Counted from the first letter of the whole stretch, positions 1 through 12,895 are shown. The stretch: 63,850 nt of DNA, filler included, from Rhabdomonas costata (GCA_019059605.1; 51 parts of 51 records of this genome joined end to end with filler, not necessarily neighbours in it), one strand, 5' to 3'. Notes: generated by a model not told the origin, from the letters alone. Numbers and translations: made by a program.

Positions 1-1154
1 CCCATGGTCAAACAAAGAAACTCTAATTTTTCTCAAAAAGAAGAAGAAGAAGAAGAAAGAAAACGGGAGCAACCACGACGAGAGCAAAATGCATGGAAGT
101 GGTAAACTCTTTATTCTTCTTCTTCTTCTTTTTGAGAAAAATTAGAGTTTCTTTGTTTGACCATGGGCTTCCTTTCAAATAAATCTTCTTCCGCTTCATC
201 TGCCAAATATTCTGTTTGCTTCTCTTTCCCAATTTTCAGTTACCTCCGGTATTGTCCTACGTCATCTCCGGCATCTTCGGTTTCCTAAAAGGCTGATGAC
301 TCACCTCCACCCCACTCCGTTCTCCGGGATATTGGTTGTGGTGGTGTCTTCCTATCATTTCGACTCGCGTGACATACGCTTTCGTCTTACTTTGTAACTT
401 TGTAACTTTGTACGTACGTCTCAGTAGAACAGGAGGGAGGGTCATTCGTGGGACCGTTCATGTTGCTCTCATTCTTTGTGGTGTGGAAAAGACGGGTGCC
501 CCCTACTCACCCTCTTGGTCAGTGTATTTATATAATCGGACCGACACTTTGTCGTGTGACCAATGTGAGGGAATGCCAGACCCCAGTCTTTTGATTTCTT
601 TCGGAACCGCCGAAGTGAGAAGTGAGTGGGCCGAAATGGGCGGGACGTCGCCTTCAAATGTTGAACAGAAAAAACCAACAAACAAAAAGGGCACTAACGG
701 CGGGGTGAACGAAAGAGGGCGCACAACCCGACCAACTGCGTTGGCTGCGGCATCCCTGCTTTTGGCCCCACGACTTCCCTTCAACCCCCGCCCGTCCGAG
801 TGCGGGGGGTATTCCGTCCGTTTTTTGTCCACATGTTTGCTTCGAATTTGCCGCTTCTTTTTTCTCCCCCTGGTACCCCTCGTGTGTGGTGAGCTTTTTG
901 CCGTTTTATTCTTTCATCGGCTGTTTTGTCCGTTTTTCGCCGTTTTGTAGTCGATGCCGAATGCCCCACGCCAACACCCACAAATACCCCTAAGCGGAAG
1001 GACCGAAACGCGAACCCAAACTCCGAACCCCGAAAGCAAAACCCAGAAGGCAAACCCACACCAGCACCAGCAACTGCTACGCAAACACTAACCCCGAGAA
1101 CCCAACCGAAGGCCAATCCCATCTCCCGAACCCCCAGCAAACACCCCAACACCC

Positions 1155-1254
1155 NNNNNNNNNNNNNNNNNNNNNNNNNNNNNNNNNNNNNNNNNNNNTT
1201 AATTAATTAANNNNNNNNNNNNNNNNNNNNNNNNNNNNNNNNNNNNNNNNNNNN
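1155..1254. other. Artificial contig spacer (N44-TTAATTAATTAA-N44); the same spacer recurs about every 1.25 kb, 50 times in the window
   Basis: Identical N-flanked 12-mer with six-frame stops between all fragments; composition changes abruptly across it. ORFs ending in XXX-LIN are artefacts of it. Confidence 0.99.
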
Positions 1255-2892
1255 GCTCCCCAGCCCAGCCTCTGATCGGAATGTACCTCTAGAAGACTAC
1301 ACCGCGGTTTAGCTTTTGGAGAGAGTACACATAGACACCGTCGCGGAACTAAAACTCTTTGCAGTCTCGCTAGAAAAATACAAGAAAAGCTGGAGTTCAC
1401 GGTAAACACCTGTATATATCTGTAGCCTCGTTAAAGAGCACACAAAGCACACAGCACAGCTCTGGACGCAAGGTGAACAGGTGAACAGGTGCGGGCTTCG
1501 CTTGCGAGACCAATTTACAAATGGAGCAACGGGATTACAAGAATACGCTTCACTTCTCACCACGAAATCTACATTGACGTGACGTCGAAAACCAAACGTC
1601 CAAGTAAACGAAAACCAAGCAGTGCAACGAAGGAGGAGCAAGTACACGTAGAACAAAAAAAGGAACGGAATTCATCACAACGCTCACGCACACCAACGGT
1701 CGAATCGTTCGCCCTCCGCTCCTAACTGACTCCTAACTTAAAGGAGAAGGAGTGCGAAACTAAAACCACAAGTTGCAAGGATGCATATGGCATGCCTGAT
1801 CCCACAACATCCCCTCGCTCTGTAGCTCAGTAGCATAATAGATTGTGCGGTGCACGGCAACCGCTATCCGCAAGTGGCCCCCAAAAGCCTTAGGGAACTT
1901 TGTGGACCGGCAAAGTGTGCACTGCCACCTGTGGCATGGCTGAGATGCAAATGCACCTCCTGTCAAAACGTTGCGTAGTATGTCTCAAAGCTTCGAAAAC
2001 CACAGCCAGAGAAAGAAGGACTCGTGAAAAGAAAGCAGGACAAAAACCAGACCAAGTGTCAGAAGAGAAGTTCGGTTACGCCACACCGGATAGCGCGTGT
2101 GAAAGAAGAGCCTCCTCCCCTCTAATCATGGATTCCGCAATCAAAGGATTGATCGAAGTGCGCCTTAACTCCAACATCGAGCTGAGTATGCCGAAGCCGA
2201 AACCCACATTGTGGTGCAATGGTTCCCCCACGGGAGACTTCCCCAGGTCGACAAACTGTTCGGCAACGAACAAGATCGGGAAACATGATCGGCGTGAACA
2301 AAATAAAAGGCTCTCCAAAACCCAGTGCCTGAACGTGATGGCGGGTACACACAATCGAGCAACCGCATTTTCCACAGCAACCGCATTTTCCACAGCACGA
2401 AAGTCAACNNNNNNNNNNNNNNNNNNNNNNNNNNNNNNNNNNNNNNNNNNNNTTAATTAATTAANNNNNNNNNNNNNNNNNNNNNNNNNNNNNNNNNNNN
2501 NNNNNNNNGGTTGTTGTGGGAGAACAAGTCGGGTTTTTGCTGCGAATCTGGCTCAAACCGATTCTATCTGGCGTTTGCATATACAATCAATCGCACTGAG
2601 TTGGGTGTAAAGGGTAAAGATTGGTACGGATACTGTCAGGCACCGAAGTCGGCTCGAATCCAAATCATGGTCTCACACTCTGGTCTCGATTGGGCGTTAA
2701 GATAAAGGCAACTCTGGCCCCATCCCGACCAGAACTTCCCTTGTGGAACGTAGGGGCCAGTAGGTGCCTGGTTGGGGCAATAAGGTGCCTGAATATGACA
2801 GAGTCTCAACAGTCACGGACTTAAGACTTAAGACAATGACTGAGAAAGGTCTATCTCTCTCCCATAGCCACACGGGGCATTCTTCTGTCGCA

Positions 2893-2928
2893 ACACACAC
2901 ACACACACACACGCACACACACACACAC
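2893..2928 (+). repeat. (CA)n microsatellite at an intron 5' end
   Basis: Direct reading; similar tracts at 19024-19052 and 63762-63783. Confidence 0.9.
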
Positions 2929-3662
2929 CTGAGCCAATTGTTCGATCTCCAGCCGAAGCCACAGCATCGCGAAGACCGCAACGGTGATTGCCAAGCCCAA
3001 AATTACGCTGTACACCACCATCATCTGGAGAAACACAACGTACAAGGCAGCCCAACATCGCGGCACAGCCCCAATGTACAGTGTGTGACCTGAGTCATAT
3101 CTTCCCATGTCCAGGTCGTGCTCTGCCGCCGCACATTTTTACACACCTTTCGCTCCTCGCATTGGAAATTTAGCATGGGAACCAAAGCCACACATAACAG
3201 AGTAAGCAGAGTTTTTGGCGAAATGGGAAGAAATTGACTTCTTCCGGCCCATGTGCATACAATAATCGCGCTGACACGAATGGGCGTCACTGCGGAGATG
3301 GCCTCCTCAGCCAGGTACTCTTGGCTCTGAAACAGTGGAAAAGAAAGAGAAGAAAACAATGCAAGTGTTTAATAACAGACTCCCAGCATTAAAGTGCATT
3401 AAATGACATTGATGATGAAAGAAACCACACAGTCGCTGGCTGCAGCCTGAAAGCCTTGCAGACTTGGATGTGGCGTCACTTTGGGGACAACGCTGGACAG
3501 TATATTAGCAAAAGCACAACAACGGTAAAGGAGGCAAAGTGCCAGACCCGTGCATCTTCATCTTTGTCAGCACTGCAAAGCAAAGGTGGTTAAGCGGACA
3601 GCCCCACTGACCTGCACTAGCAGCTCCAGCTTGACGCTGTACATCGCTAAGTAGCTCCCCGT
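2929..3662 (-). CDS. Partial spliced single-pass membrane protein (exons 3662-3612, 3326-3276, 3024-2929), possibly a receptor
   Basis: Two GT-AG introns join in frame: TGSYLAMYSVKLELLVQ|SQEYLAEEAISAVTPIR|MMVVYSVILGLAITVAVFAMLWLRLEIEQLAQ, with a clear TM helix. Confidence 0.5.
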
Positions 3663-3762
3663 NNNNNNNNNNNNNNNNNNNNNNNNNNNNNNNNNNNNNN
3701 NNNNNNTTAATTAATTAANNNNNNNNNNNNNNNNNNNNNNNNNNNNNNNNNNNNNNNNNNNN

Positions 3763-3948
3763 GTTGTTGAAAAAGATATGACCAGAGAGGAACGTATTAA
3801 CCTAGAGTGGCTGCTAATTAATTGCCCCAAAGAGATTGATGGAGTAGCTTTAGGCGAAATTTTAAAATTGATGGAGCCAACAGATTATTGGGATTGTCGA
3901 GATCCTGAGATACTAAAATATTTTGCTAAAAAGATAAACCAAAAATAA
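3763..3948 (+). CDS. 3' end of a hypothetical bacterial/phage protein
   Basis: Open frame VVEKDMTREERINLEWLLINCPKEIDG...KYFAKKINQK* in an AT-rich intronless contig. Confidence 0.5.
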   Translation, partial: VVEKDMTREERINLEWLLINCPKEIDGVALGEILKLMEPTDYWDCRDPEILKYFAKKINQK

Positions 3949-4117
3949 GGGTACAAGAATGAAAGGAAATGGGTATATATGACGGTATTTATTGGGAATT
4001 AATTGACATGGAATAATTAAAAGCCTTTCTAGCAGAGGCGACAACTATCCTGACACGGGGGGGAAATAACAAGAAATTAGCTTTGGAATTTATAATTTTT
4101 AAGAGGTGTTTGTTGTA

Positions 4118-4916
4118 ATGATAAGTAACACAATATTAAGTCTGTACCACCAACAACCATTTGCACCAAGTGATCACCCTTATTTTATAAAGAAAAAAAT
4201 AAGTCCTAATGATTTTCTTGATGCAAAATGGCTAACGTTAGATGGTGTAAGAATGGTAAGTAATGCTTTGTCTATTGCAAATGAAGCGCCTGAAAAGGCT
4301 TTGATAGTTCCTTTGTATGATGAAAAGCTTGTTGTACAAGGGCTACAGTTTATTCCACAACCAGATGCTAATTGGGATACCAAACCTTTTTTAAAAGGAA
4401 GCCATTTAAAAGGATGTTTTTTTGTTCTTAATGGTACCAAGCCATTAGATAAATTTTATGTGTGTGAGGGGCTAGCTATAGCAGTAACTATATGTGGTAT
4501 TACAAAAAGAACTACTTACGTGACTTTTGGTGGAGGCAATCTAGCCGCCGCTATCGAAACCATTAAGAAATTCCACCCGTATTCGAAAATTATTATTGCA
4601 GCAGATAACGACAAGTATCTTGAACCTGAAAGTAATCCAGGGCTAGAAGCTGCTCAACATGCAACTAAGGCTCATAATTTAGCTTCAGATATTGCGTATA
4701 CTTACCCTATCTTTCCTAACAATAAAATAGGAAAATCATTTACTAACTTTAATGATTTGTATAGTGAATATGGAGTTGAAACAACCAACAGGCAATTATA
4801 TGAAAATTTACAATCTCTACCTTTAACTCAAGACAGACAAAGTAATCTGGCAGAATTATCAAAGCTTTTTCCTGGGAAAGAAAAAGACAAAGCAACCTTA
4901 AAGTTTACAAAAAACA
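4118..4916 (+). CDS. TOPRIM-domain DNA primase, phage P4 alpha/plasmid TraC-like (3' truncated)
   Basis: Motifs LIVPLYD..GLQFI, KPFLKG..KGCF, YVCEGLAIA, FGGGNL, IIIAADND, NFNDL; SD-like AGAGGTG at 4102-4108 before ATG 4118; no introns. Confidence 0.85.
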
Positions 4917-5392
4917 NNNNNNNNNNNNNNNNNNNNNNNNNNNNNNNNNNNNNNNNNNNNTTAATTAATTAANNNNNNNNNNNNNNNNNNNNNNNNNNNN
5001 NNNNNNNNNNNNNNNNTAGAAAATCACTTAAAATTGCCCCAAAACGGGCGAAATGGGCATAAATAGGGCAAAATGGGTCAGAAATGGGCCAGACCAGAAA
5101 TACCTTTGCCAGCATGTATTGCTGAAGTCGCCACCACTTCACCATAATCAATCTTTCAGAGGTCAGAGTAGGCCAAAAGTGGGCACGAACCGCCTCTGCC
5201 TTATCGCCTTGTACTTCACACAAAACCTGGCCCCAATGCAGAGTGTTTCCCTATCCTGAAGCAGGGTGTATCCCAAATTGTGTTGATCCACCACAAATGG
5301 GGTTTTCACGACCATCACCTCGCGCGGAATGGAAGTCGCCACAGCATTTACCCGTTAGGCCCGCTTCGCATACGGATGCTCGCCATTTTCAG

Positions 5393-6171
5393 GCACGGGG
5401 AAGACGATGATGGTCAAGCTGCAGTCCCTTTTGATGAACGCGGACTGCGAGGTCTTTCCCTTGCGCAGGCACCTTCTCTTTGACTGGCTGCGAGATACCC
5501 TTGTGGACGGCCAGAATGCACCGGCTCGGCCTCAGTTTGCCGAGCTCTGGCGCGTGTTGAGCAACAGGACGGCGGAAACACAGAACACCGAGAAGGCCAA
5601 TGCTCTGCTTCTGGACGTCGCTGCGACGCTACTGGAGTGCCCTGCAGATGCCACCGCGGAGGGGCCTGTGCCTGCGGAGGAGCAGCTCTTTGGTGTTCTT
5701 CGTGGTCCGCTGCTTGACTTGCTGCAGACCACGTTGAGAGAATTTCGTCTGGTGAAGCGCACCGAACGCTTGGAGCGCCTTGTTGAGCACCGCCGTTCCA
5801 GTCCCCCAGAAGGGGTGCCCGAGGGCTGGGAGCTTTTGGATGACTCGGAGCTTGCCCCTGACCTGGGGGCTCTGATGGTCCTTCTGAGTGAGTTTCTCGC
5901 CGCTGAGTATCATGAGCTGTGGATGTCCAAGCTGATGAGTCCCCGGGTTACGCTGAATGAGTTTCGGGAGTTCGTGAGGTCTGTCATCGATCGGGCGCAT
6001 CATATCGAAGAACTTGCCTCAGGCAGGCGGAAGGTCCCCTTGATCTTGGTTTTCATCGACGAGTTCAACACGACCATGAAGTTGATGGGCTTGATCAAGG
6101 AGATCTTCAATGACCACAGCTTCGATGGAGAGCCTCTGCCCAAGAACATCTTCTGGGTGGGAGCAATGAAT
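5393..6171 (+). CDS. RNF213/mysterin-like dynein-related AAA+ ATPase, internal exon
   Basis: After acceptor tttcag the exon reads (G)TGKTMMVKL (Walker A). It later gives LVFIDEFNTT (Walker B) and KEIFNDHSFDGEPLPKNIFWVGAMN, matching the RNF213 pattern FFDEANTT..KE..CD....G.......IAACNPY. Confidence 0.75.
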
Positions 6172-6312
6172 NNNNNNNNNNNNNNNNNNNNNNNNNNNNN
6201 NNNNNNNNNNNNNNNTTAATTAATTAANNNNNNNNNNNNNNNNNNNNNNNNNNNNNNNNNNNNNNNNNNNNGTGGGTGTGTGTGTGTGTGTGTGAGCGCG
6301 CGCGGGTTTCAG

Positions 6313-6505
6313 GTACTGGCACCTGTTAATATTGTACGTTGAACGTGCTTGGGCCTTTGCTGAGAACCTCAAGGATGACAGTGAATCGGATCTTAGGAAG
6401 CGGAGGCATCGCCTAAGCAAGTTGAGAAAGGCGACCAAATGGAGCCAATTGCTTGTACAGCTCTCCACGACCTCCTTAGACGCCTGCTCTCAGCGGCAAA
6501 TCGAG
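6313..6505 (+). CDS. SRP68: Signal recognition particle subunit SRP68, internal exon
   Basis: YWHLLILYVERAWAFAENLKDDSESDLRKRRHRLSKLRKATKW matches the SRP68 ERAW.YA..LK...RKR.H..SRLRKA signature; bounded by AG/GT. Confidence 0.85.
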
Positions 6506-7705
6506 GTTTCCTGACTTTTGCATTTGAGTGCATTGACAGCGTGCATTGATTACAAAATGGCACTGGAGTGCTCAGCATACCCAAGGGTAAAACCCGGGAG
6601 TTGTCCGCATCCCCCCAACACCCCTTTGCCCATGGAAAGGTTAAGTTTCTCCAAGGCAAAATTCGCCTGCAGGACCATAGAGCTGTTGCATTGTGCTCAA
6701 TTGGTGGTCGTCACATACTGTGACCCTGACCGAGCACAGGCCCGAGTCGGTCGCCCATTTGAAAATTCTGTGAAGAGCCACCACACCAATCAACCCGAGT
6801 TTTCGAAACTGAAAACTTGTTGCTTCTTTTCCACGAGTTTTTGCTGACCAACTGGGGCGTAAATACTTCATGGGGAATGGTTGAACTGGCAGTGTATTTT
6901 TGCGTCCACATCTTTGCGAACCAGCCTAGACTCTAATCCGACTCAGATAAATGCCTCTCTCTTTCGAGTTTTGTTGCGTGTAATGGATCTCTCCTGTTTT
7001 GTATATAGGCATACCACGCTGAGATGACCGGCATGCTTCTTTCTTCGCGGCAAAAGTGGAGTGAGGCTCTGTCAAGCTTCACTCGCGCTCGGTTTGCGAC
7101 ATTTCTTTATATGATGGTCCGTGGGCAGACACCCTGTGTCCCTGAATCTCGAAAATGTTCATAAGCATCCCATGGCAGCCTTGCAAAGAACACCCTTCAA
7201 CGTCAGGATTGTTTTGTGTTTTGCATGACGGGTTGACGATTTTTTGTAAAAACTTCTATTTGTCTTGTCCCCCTCTTCTGTTTAGTAAATTTTTGGTTTG
7301 CTTTGTGATGATTGAATCCTCACAAAAAATGACAGACCCTCGACTCGCTTGTTTTCCACCCCAGGACCCATTCTAGATTTCGACTTTCGATGCTTGCGGG
7401 TGTTTATATTTAATGCCACAAAACCNNNNNNNNNNNNNNNNNNNNNNNNNNNNNNNNNNNNNNNNNNNNTTAATTAATTAANNNNNNNNNNNNNNNNNNN
7501 NNNNNNNNNNNNNNNNNNNNNNNNNGGGGTGTGGGCGGCGGTTGCGCAAGTGGGACAGCTGTTTTCGGGGACGAGACCCTTCGCTTTTTGCGTCGAAGCT
7601 GTGGAATACGTTTAGAAGAATGGAATGCTTTTGTTGAGTTGCAGCTCTCCCAGTCCATTTCAGAAGCATTGCCTTTTCTCTTTCCCTCTCTCATTCTCAC
7701 TGCAG

Positions 7706-8292
7706 AACTCCGAGGGGGCCACCCCACTGCACGACGCGGGCTTTCATGGCCGGGCCCAGGCCTTCGCCGCGCTGCTGGCCGCGGGGGCGGACACCAATGC
7801 TCAGGTTGACCTATGGGTGCGGTTGCGGTGCGCAATGTGGCGCTGTCACAGCTCAACTCTGTGGCAGCTGTGCGGGTGGACGGGAAAGAGGCTTTGCGTG
7901 TGTATGTGTGTGTTTGCGTTTGCGCACTTTCCTTTGCTCTTTGTCTCTTTGACCTGAACACTGTTTTGCGGGCGCTGTGTTCTTTTTTTCGTGCCGCCGC
8001 TCGTTCTTCCGCCTGCGCCTCTGTCGTGCACATGTGCTTCTTTCTTGATTTCTTTGTGTTTTGCCTGCAGGACGGAAAGGGCCGCACGGTGGTGTACCGC
8101 GTGGTGGAGGGTTCGCACTGGGATGTCCTGCCCCTTGTGCTGGGCAAGGCCCCGGCGCTGCCGCTGGACCTCAGCGTGGCCAGCGACAGCTCCTGCGGTG
8201 GGCACACCGTGCTGCACCTCGCGGTGCAAAAGCGCGCCCCCACGGCCGTAGTGGAGAGGCTGGTGGCCTTGGGAGCCCCCGTGTCCGCAAAG
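7706..8292 (+). CDS. Ankyrin-repeat protein (exons 7706-7804, 8071-~8292)
   Basis: NSEGATPLHDAGFHG...LLAAGADTNAQ|DGKGRTVVY...GHTVLHLAVQK...LVALGAPVSAK; GT-AG intron. Confidence 0.85.
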
Positions 8293-8781
8293 GCATACGG
8301 CCTGCCCCCTGTTCCTGCCTTCCCACACTGCGTGCATGTCTGCCTGCCTGCCACAGACACGAAAAGGGAAAAAAGACGAAGCGCCAAAGAACGCGTGTGG
8401 AAGAGGCAGAGCGGGCCCTCCAATTGCCGTTTAAGCTCAACGACAGGCCACAGCAGTGCATGGAAGACCACAGCACCAATAATACCCGAAAGGCTTCCAA
8501 ACCCGTAGGTGCCTACCAATAATGGAGTGCTTTTTTTGGAGAATGTTTGGGATCCTCCGCCCAAAGTCTTTCAGCGACCCTCGAAGACTGAGCAGAAGAT
8601 CGAAGCCTGAAGAGCGAAAAGTGTTGCAGGAGATGCTAACACTTTGTGTCTTCGTTGCGGTCGAGAAGGGGTTTCTAGACCNNNNNNNNNNNNNNNNNNN
8701 NNNNNNNNNNNNNNNNNNNNNNNNNTTAATTAATTAANNNNNNNNNNNNNNNNNNNNNNNNNNNNNNNNNNNNNNNNNNNN

Positions 8782-9812
8782 GTTGTGTGGGTCTATCTCT
8801 TCCTCTATCTCATATAATCTTTTGTCATCATCCTCATATGCCTTTGTTTCATCCCTCGACTCTATCACCCTTCCTAAAACTGTTCGTGAGGCATTAGATC
8901 ATCCAGGTCGGCAAAAAGCAATGACAGAGGAAATGAATACCTTAGATGACAATGGTACTTGGGAGTTGGTTACTCTTCCTTCAGGGAAGCGGGCAATTGG
9001 ATGTAAATGGGTCTTCACGGTCAAAATGAATCCAGATGGCACGCTTGCTCGATTAAAGGCCCACTTAGTTGCTAAAGGCTTTGCCCAGACATACGGCGTT
9101 GACTATTCCGATACCTTCTCTCATGTTGCCAAGCTGACATCCGTCCGACTTTTCATCTCCTTGGCGGCAACTCATGAATGACACATTCACCAACTCGACA
9201 TTAAGAATGCATTTCTGTACGGGGATCTACACGGAAAAGTGTATATGGAGCAATCACCTGGTTTTGTTGCTAAGAGAATGGCCGTGTGTGTCGTCTTTGA
9301 AAAACGTTATATGGGCTGAAACAAAGCACTCGTGCTTGATTCGGAAGGTTTAGCCAAGCTCTTGAACAATTTGGGCATCGAAAGAGCAAATCTGACCACT
9401 CTTTATTTTTCTGGAATACGAAAGATGATGTCATTCTCTTAGCTGTTTGTGTTGATGACATAGTAATTACAGGAACTGACACTACTAGCTAGCATATCGT
9501 CCCTCAAACCTTCCTCCACATACAGCTCCAAACGAAGAACTTGGGCGCGCTAAAATACTTCTTGGGTGTTGAAGTATAGAGAAACAAGCAGAAAAAGTAT
9601 ATACTTATCGCAAAGTAATTATGTACTTGATTTGCTTTCTGAGACAGAAAAATTAGGAGCCAAACTGTGCAATGCCCCAATGACTACCAACATGCAACTG
9701 ATGAAGGAAGGAGAACTAATGGATGATCTTGAACGATGCAGAAGATTAGTCGGCAATTTATACTACCTCACCGTTACTCGCGCAGATATTGCATACTCCG
9801 TCATCAGTTGCA
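8782..9812 (+). mobile_element. Degenerate Ty1/copia reverse transcriptase, land-plant-like
   Basis: [58 protein letters not shown]; in-frame stops (e.g. 9179, 9271, 9298) and a frameshift. Confidence 0.95.
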
Positions 9813-11451
9813 TGTTAGGAGCCAAACTGTGCAATGCCCCAATGACTACCAACATGCAACTGATGAAGGAAGGAGAACTAATGGATGATCTTGAACGATG
9901 CAGAAGATTAGTCGGCAATTTATACCACCCCACCCNNNNNNNNNNNNNNNNNNNNNNNNNNNNNNNNNNNNNNNNNNNNTTAATTAATTAANNNNNNNNN
10001 NNNNNNNNNNNNNNNNNNNNNNNNNNNNNNNNNNNTGTGTTGGGTGTGATCTGGGAGAGAGCGACGATCATTTCGTCTCCCCATTTGATTTAAAAAATTG
10101 GCTCATGCAACGAAGACATGGGTGGAAGCTTTTGATCGGGAAGTCAAAGAAACTTGGGATAGGGGACAATCGTCAATGAAGTTTTTGCTGCCATCCCACC
10201 CCCGCCACCCTCTGATTTCATGGGGTTGGGAGGGAGCGAGCAGAGAGGATTGCATTTCCTTTAAGGCTGGGACCCGCGGGGTCATCCTGGCCTGGTCTTG
10301 TGGTCAGCCGGCACTCCGCGGCACCTGACAGTGCTATAAAACCCCCCGTGCGAGCACCCAGACTGCAGGCTGCGCGTCTTGACTCGGACACCTTTTCTTT
10401 TCTTCCCCTTTTATTTCCTCCGTCATTTTTTTCCGCGCACAAACATGTACAAACTTATACAAACTTGTCCACTGTCCCAGTCACCCAAACCAAAAGCATC
10501 TGCTGCGGCGGTCCGATAGCAAAAGCTATCGCATGTACTTTTTTTTTTTGCTGAGAATTCATCTACATACAACACTTCACAGACCGACCCTACCCACCCC
10601 AAGAGCGCAGCCTGCAATAATATCGTGGTCTGCTTGCAAGACTCCGGCTGGGCATTTTCCTTCATTGGACTGACGGAACGCATGCACAACTACAAGTACA
10701 AAATCCTGATCAGTATTTAATTTTTTGGGAGAAAGATCACGACACTGCGGCACCGGAGTTGTTGCAGCGGCTGCAGTTCAACAACAAAACAGACAAAGTA
10801 TAAGAAGGAACGTGAGATGTGAAGGGGGGCTGCATAAGACAAAACTGGGAAGAGAAATCGGAGGTTGCAGTGCAGAAAAATAAATTGCCCAAAAATGCAT
10901 CCCCAAAGTATGTGCGGAATTTTTTTTGATCACGTTTGATCACGTGGGCCCCTATCGCGGGGATGGAGGCAGGTGGGTTTTTGTACATAAGTTGCGGGTG
11001 CCGTCGATAAACCCTCCGCTGCGCTGGGGAAAGGAGCGGAACAAGATAAAAAGGAAGCTTGGCGCGTAAGAAAAATCAAGGAAAGAGCAGCCAAGGGGCA
11101 CGGGTGGGTACCGGCCACGGAGCCGGCCGCGGAGGGTGTAAGGACCGACCACCCAGCGTTTCGGGAGGCCCACCGTAAAAAACACCCCCNNNNNNNNNNN
11201 NNNNNNNNNNNNNNNNNNNNNNNNNNNNNNNNNTTAATTAATTAANNNNNNNNNNNNNNNNNNNNNNNNNNNNNNNNNNNNNNNNNNNNCGCCACCTTTG
11301 CAACCCCAAATGTAAATATGCTTGCTCTCACCCACTGTGTTTTCTCAAGGATTCTTTCGGCCTCAAGGCAGCATCAGCCCACAATGGGAATCAAGTCAAT
11401 GCCGCAACGGGGGTTTGTTGGGCACAGGGAAGGGTGGGTGGGGGGTATACA

Positions 11452-11533
11452 GCTGTCATTCTGGTACAGGATGGAGATCCTGGTGTACGGGGTGAAGGTC
11501 AGGACGTAGTTTACCAGGGCGTTGATCTCATCC
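11452..11533 (-). CDS. Small exon of a Venus-flytrap/periplasmic-binding-type ectodomain (receptor cyclase-like)
   Basis: DEINALVNYVLTFTPYTRISILYQND resembles the LivJ-type 'RIAVFYQND' segment; AG acceptor upstream; 3' boundary approximate. Confidence 0.45.
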
Positions 11534-12895
11534 CTGGGAGAAAAGCGAGGGCAACAGCGAGACACACACACAAACAATGAGAGAGTGTGTGTTTGTGTGT
11601 GTGCGTGTGGGGAGCTGGAGAGTCCGCGGCTACTCCGCGCACTCGTTGTACGAGTTTCAGGTTTTGCAGTCCTCCCCCTCTTCCTCTGCAATCTCGAATG
11701 GAAGGGATGCCTGGGGAGGCGCACGATGTCGGAGGTCCTTTTCTGGGAGCTCTGGGAGCGCCCCCTCCTTTCTCTCTCTCTCTCTCTTTAGTGGAAGGCT
11801 CTGCAGTCACTGTGGTTTCGCTGGTACGGCACACATTGCACCGCCCATTTTTCAAAGGACGAGAGGAAAGAAGACAGGAAAAAAGAGCATCCGAGAAAAC
11901 ATCTGGATACCCCTACTAGGGCTGCTTCCAGAATTCGGCAGCAGTCCAGTGGAAGGTACCTTCTTGTCCCAGCGAAGAGAGGTACAGGGTATATCGGCGG
12001 CATCTTGTCGATTGCAGCAGGAGAGCTATAACCAAGATAGCTCCCTCCCGAATTTTTCCAGTGGGGTGAAAGCGGCTCAAAATGGAGTATTAGTTGTTAC
12101 TAAGGTTATTACTCGCGCCCCGCCCCCCGACAGAAGTACAGGAGAGGAAAGCTCTTGGTACCCCTCGTAGGGCTGCTTCCAAAGGAAGGGAAGTAGCCCA
12201 GTGAAGGCACCGTTCTCGCAAGGCAAAGAAAAAATACAAATTGTCCAACCCCACAACCACCACAAGAAGATTTTCAAAGGAAGAGGAATTTGCAGCATGG
12301 GAAGACTGAAAGTGTAGCACATGTGAAAACTCCTTGCTTCCCATTGTTGAGGTTTAGACTAATGCAAATTGCCGCCCACCATTACGACCAAGTGACTCCA
12401 CCCCCTCCATCATCGAAAAAAAACACACCAAACACACCACACANNNNNNNNNNNNNNNNNNNNNNNNNNNNNNNNNNNNNNNNNNNNTTAATTAATTAAN
12501 NNNNNNNNNNNNNNNNNNNNNNNNNNNNNNNNNNNNNNNNNNNGTGTTTTTTCTTCTCCGTCTATGCTTTTTGTGATTCCGAGCTGAAACCGCACTTTGC
12601 ACTTCCAGTGCTGGTCGATTCTTTTTTTTTGCATCAGCCTGTTTTGGCCGGGGATTTGAGTTGCTTGGAGTTTCTTTGAACCCCAATCAGCCAAAGTTCC
12701 TTAGTGTCTGCGTGTGCCACCTGCAGAAGGCAGGTGGCACACTGCACACTGTTGCTGCTGCAGCCTTTTTGGAGAAGACATGAAGTGGTGCGTTTCACGA
12801 CTGCTACGATTGCGCGAAGTATGTTTTCTGACTCCTCTCGTGGCATTTCTGTGTGAGGTAGGTGAGTTGGTGCTTGGGGGGGGGCTCTTCTGCAG

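Noticed and set aside
1-167. 54-bp perfect inverted repeat (1-54 / 114-167)
   Set aside because: Perfect and flush with the contig end, typical of an amplification fold-back.
336-2408. Long ORFs 336-950, 1900-2408 and many similar track ORFs (e.g. 7470-8564 minus)
   Set aside because: Low-complexity, intron-like or antisense shadows of real exons; no recognisable domains.
9653-9925. 111-bp exact direct repeat in copia RT (9653-9763 / 9815-9925)
   Set aside because: An identical copy at the contig end in an otherwise decayed element; probably template switching or misassembly.
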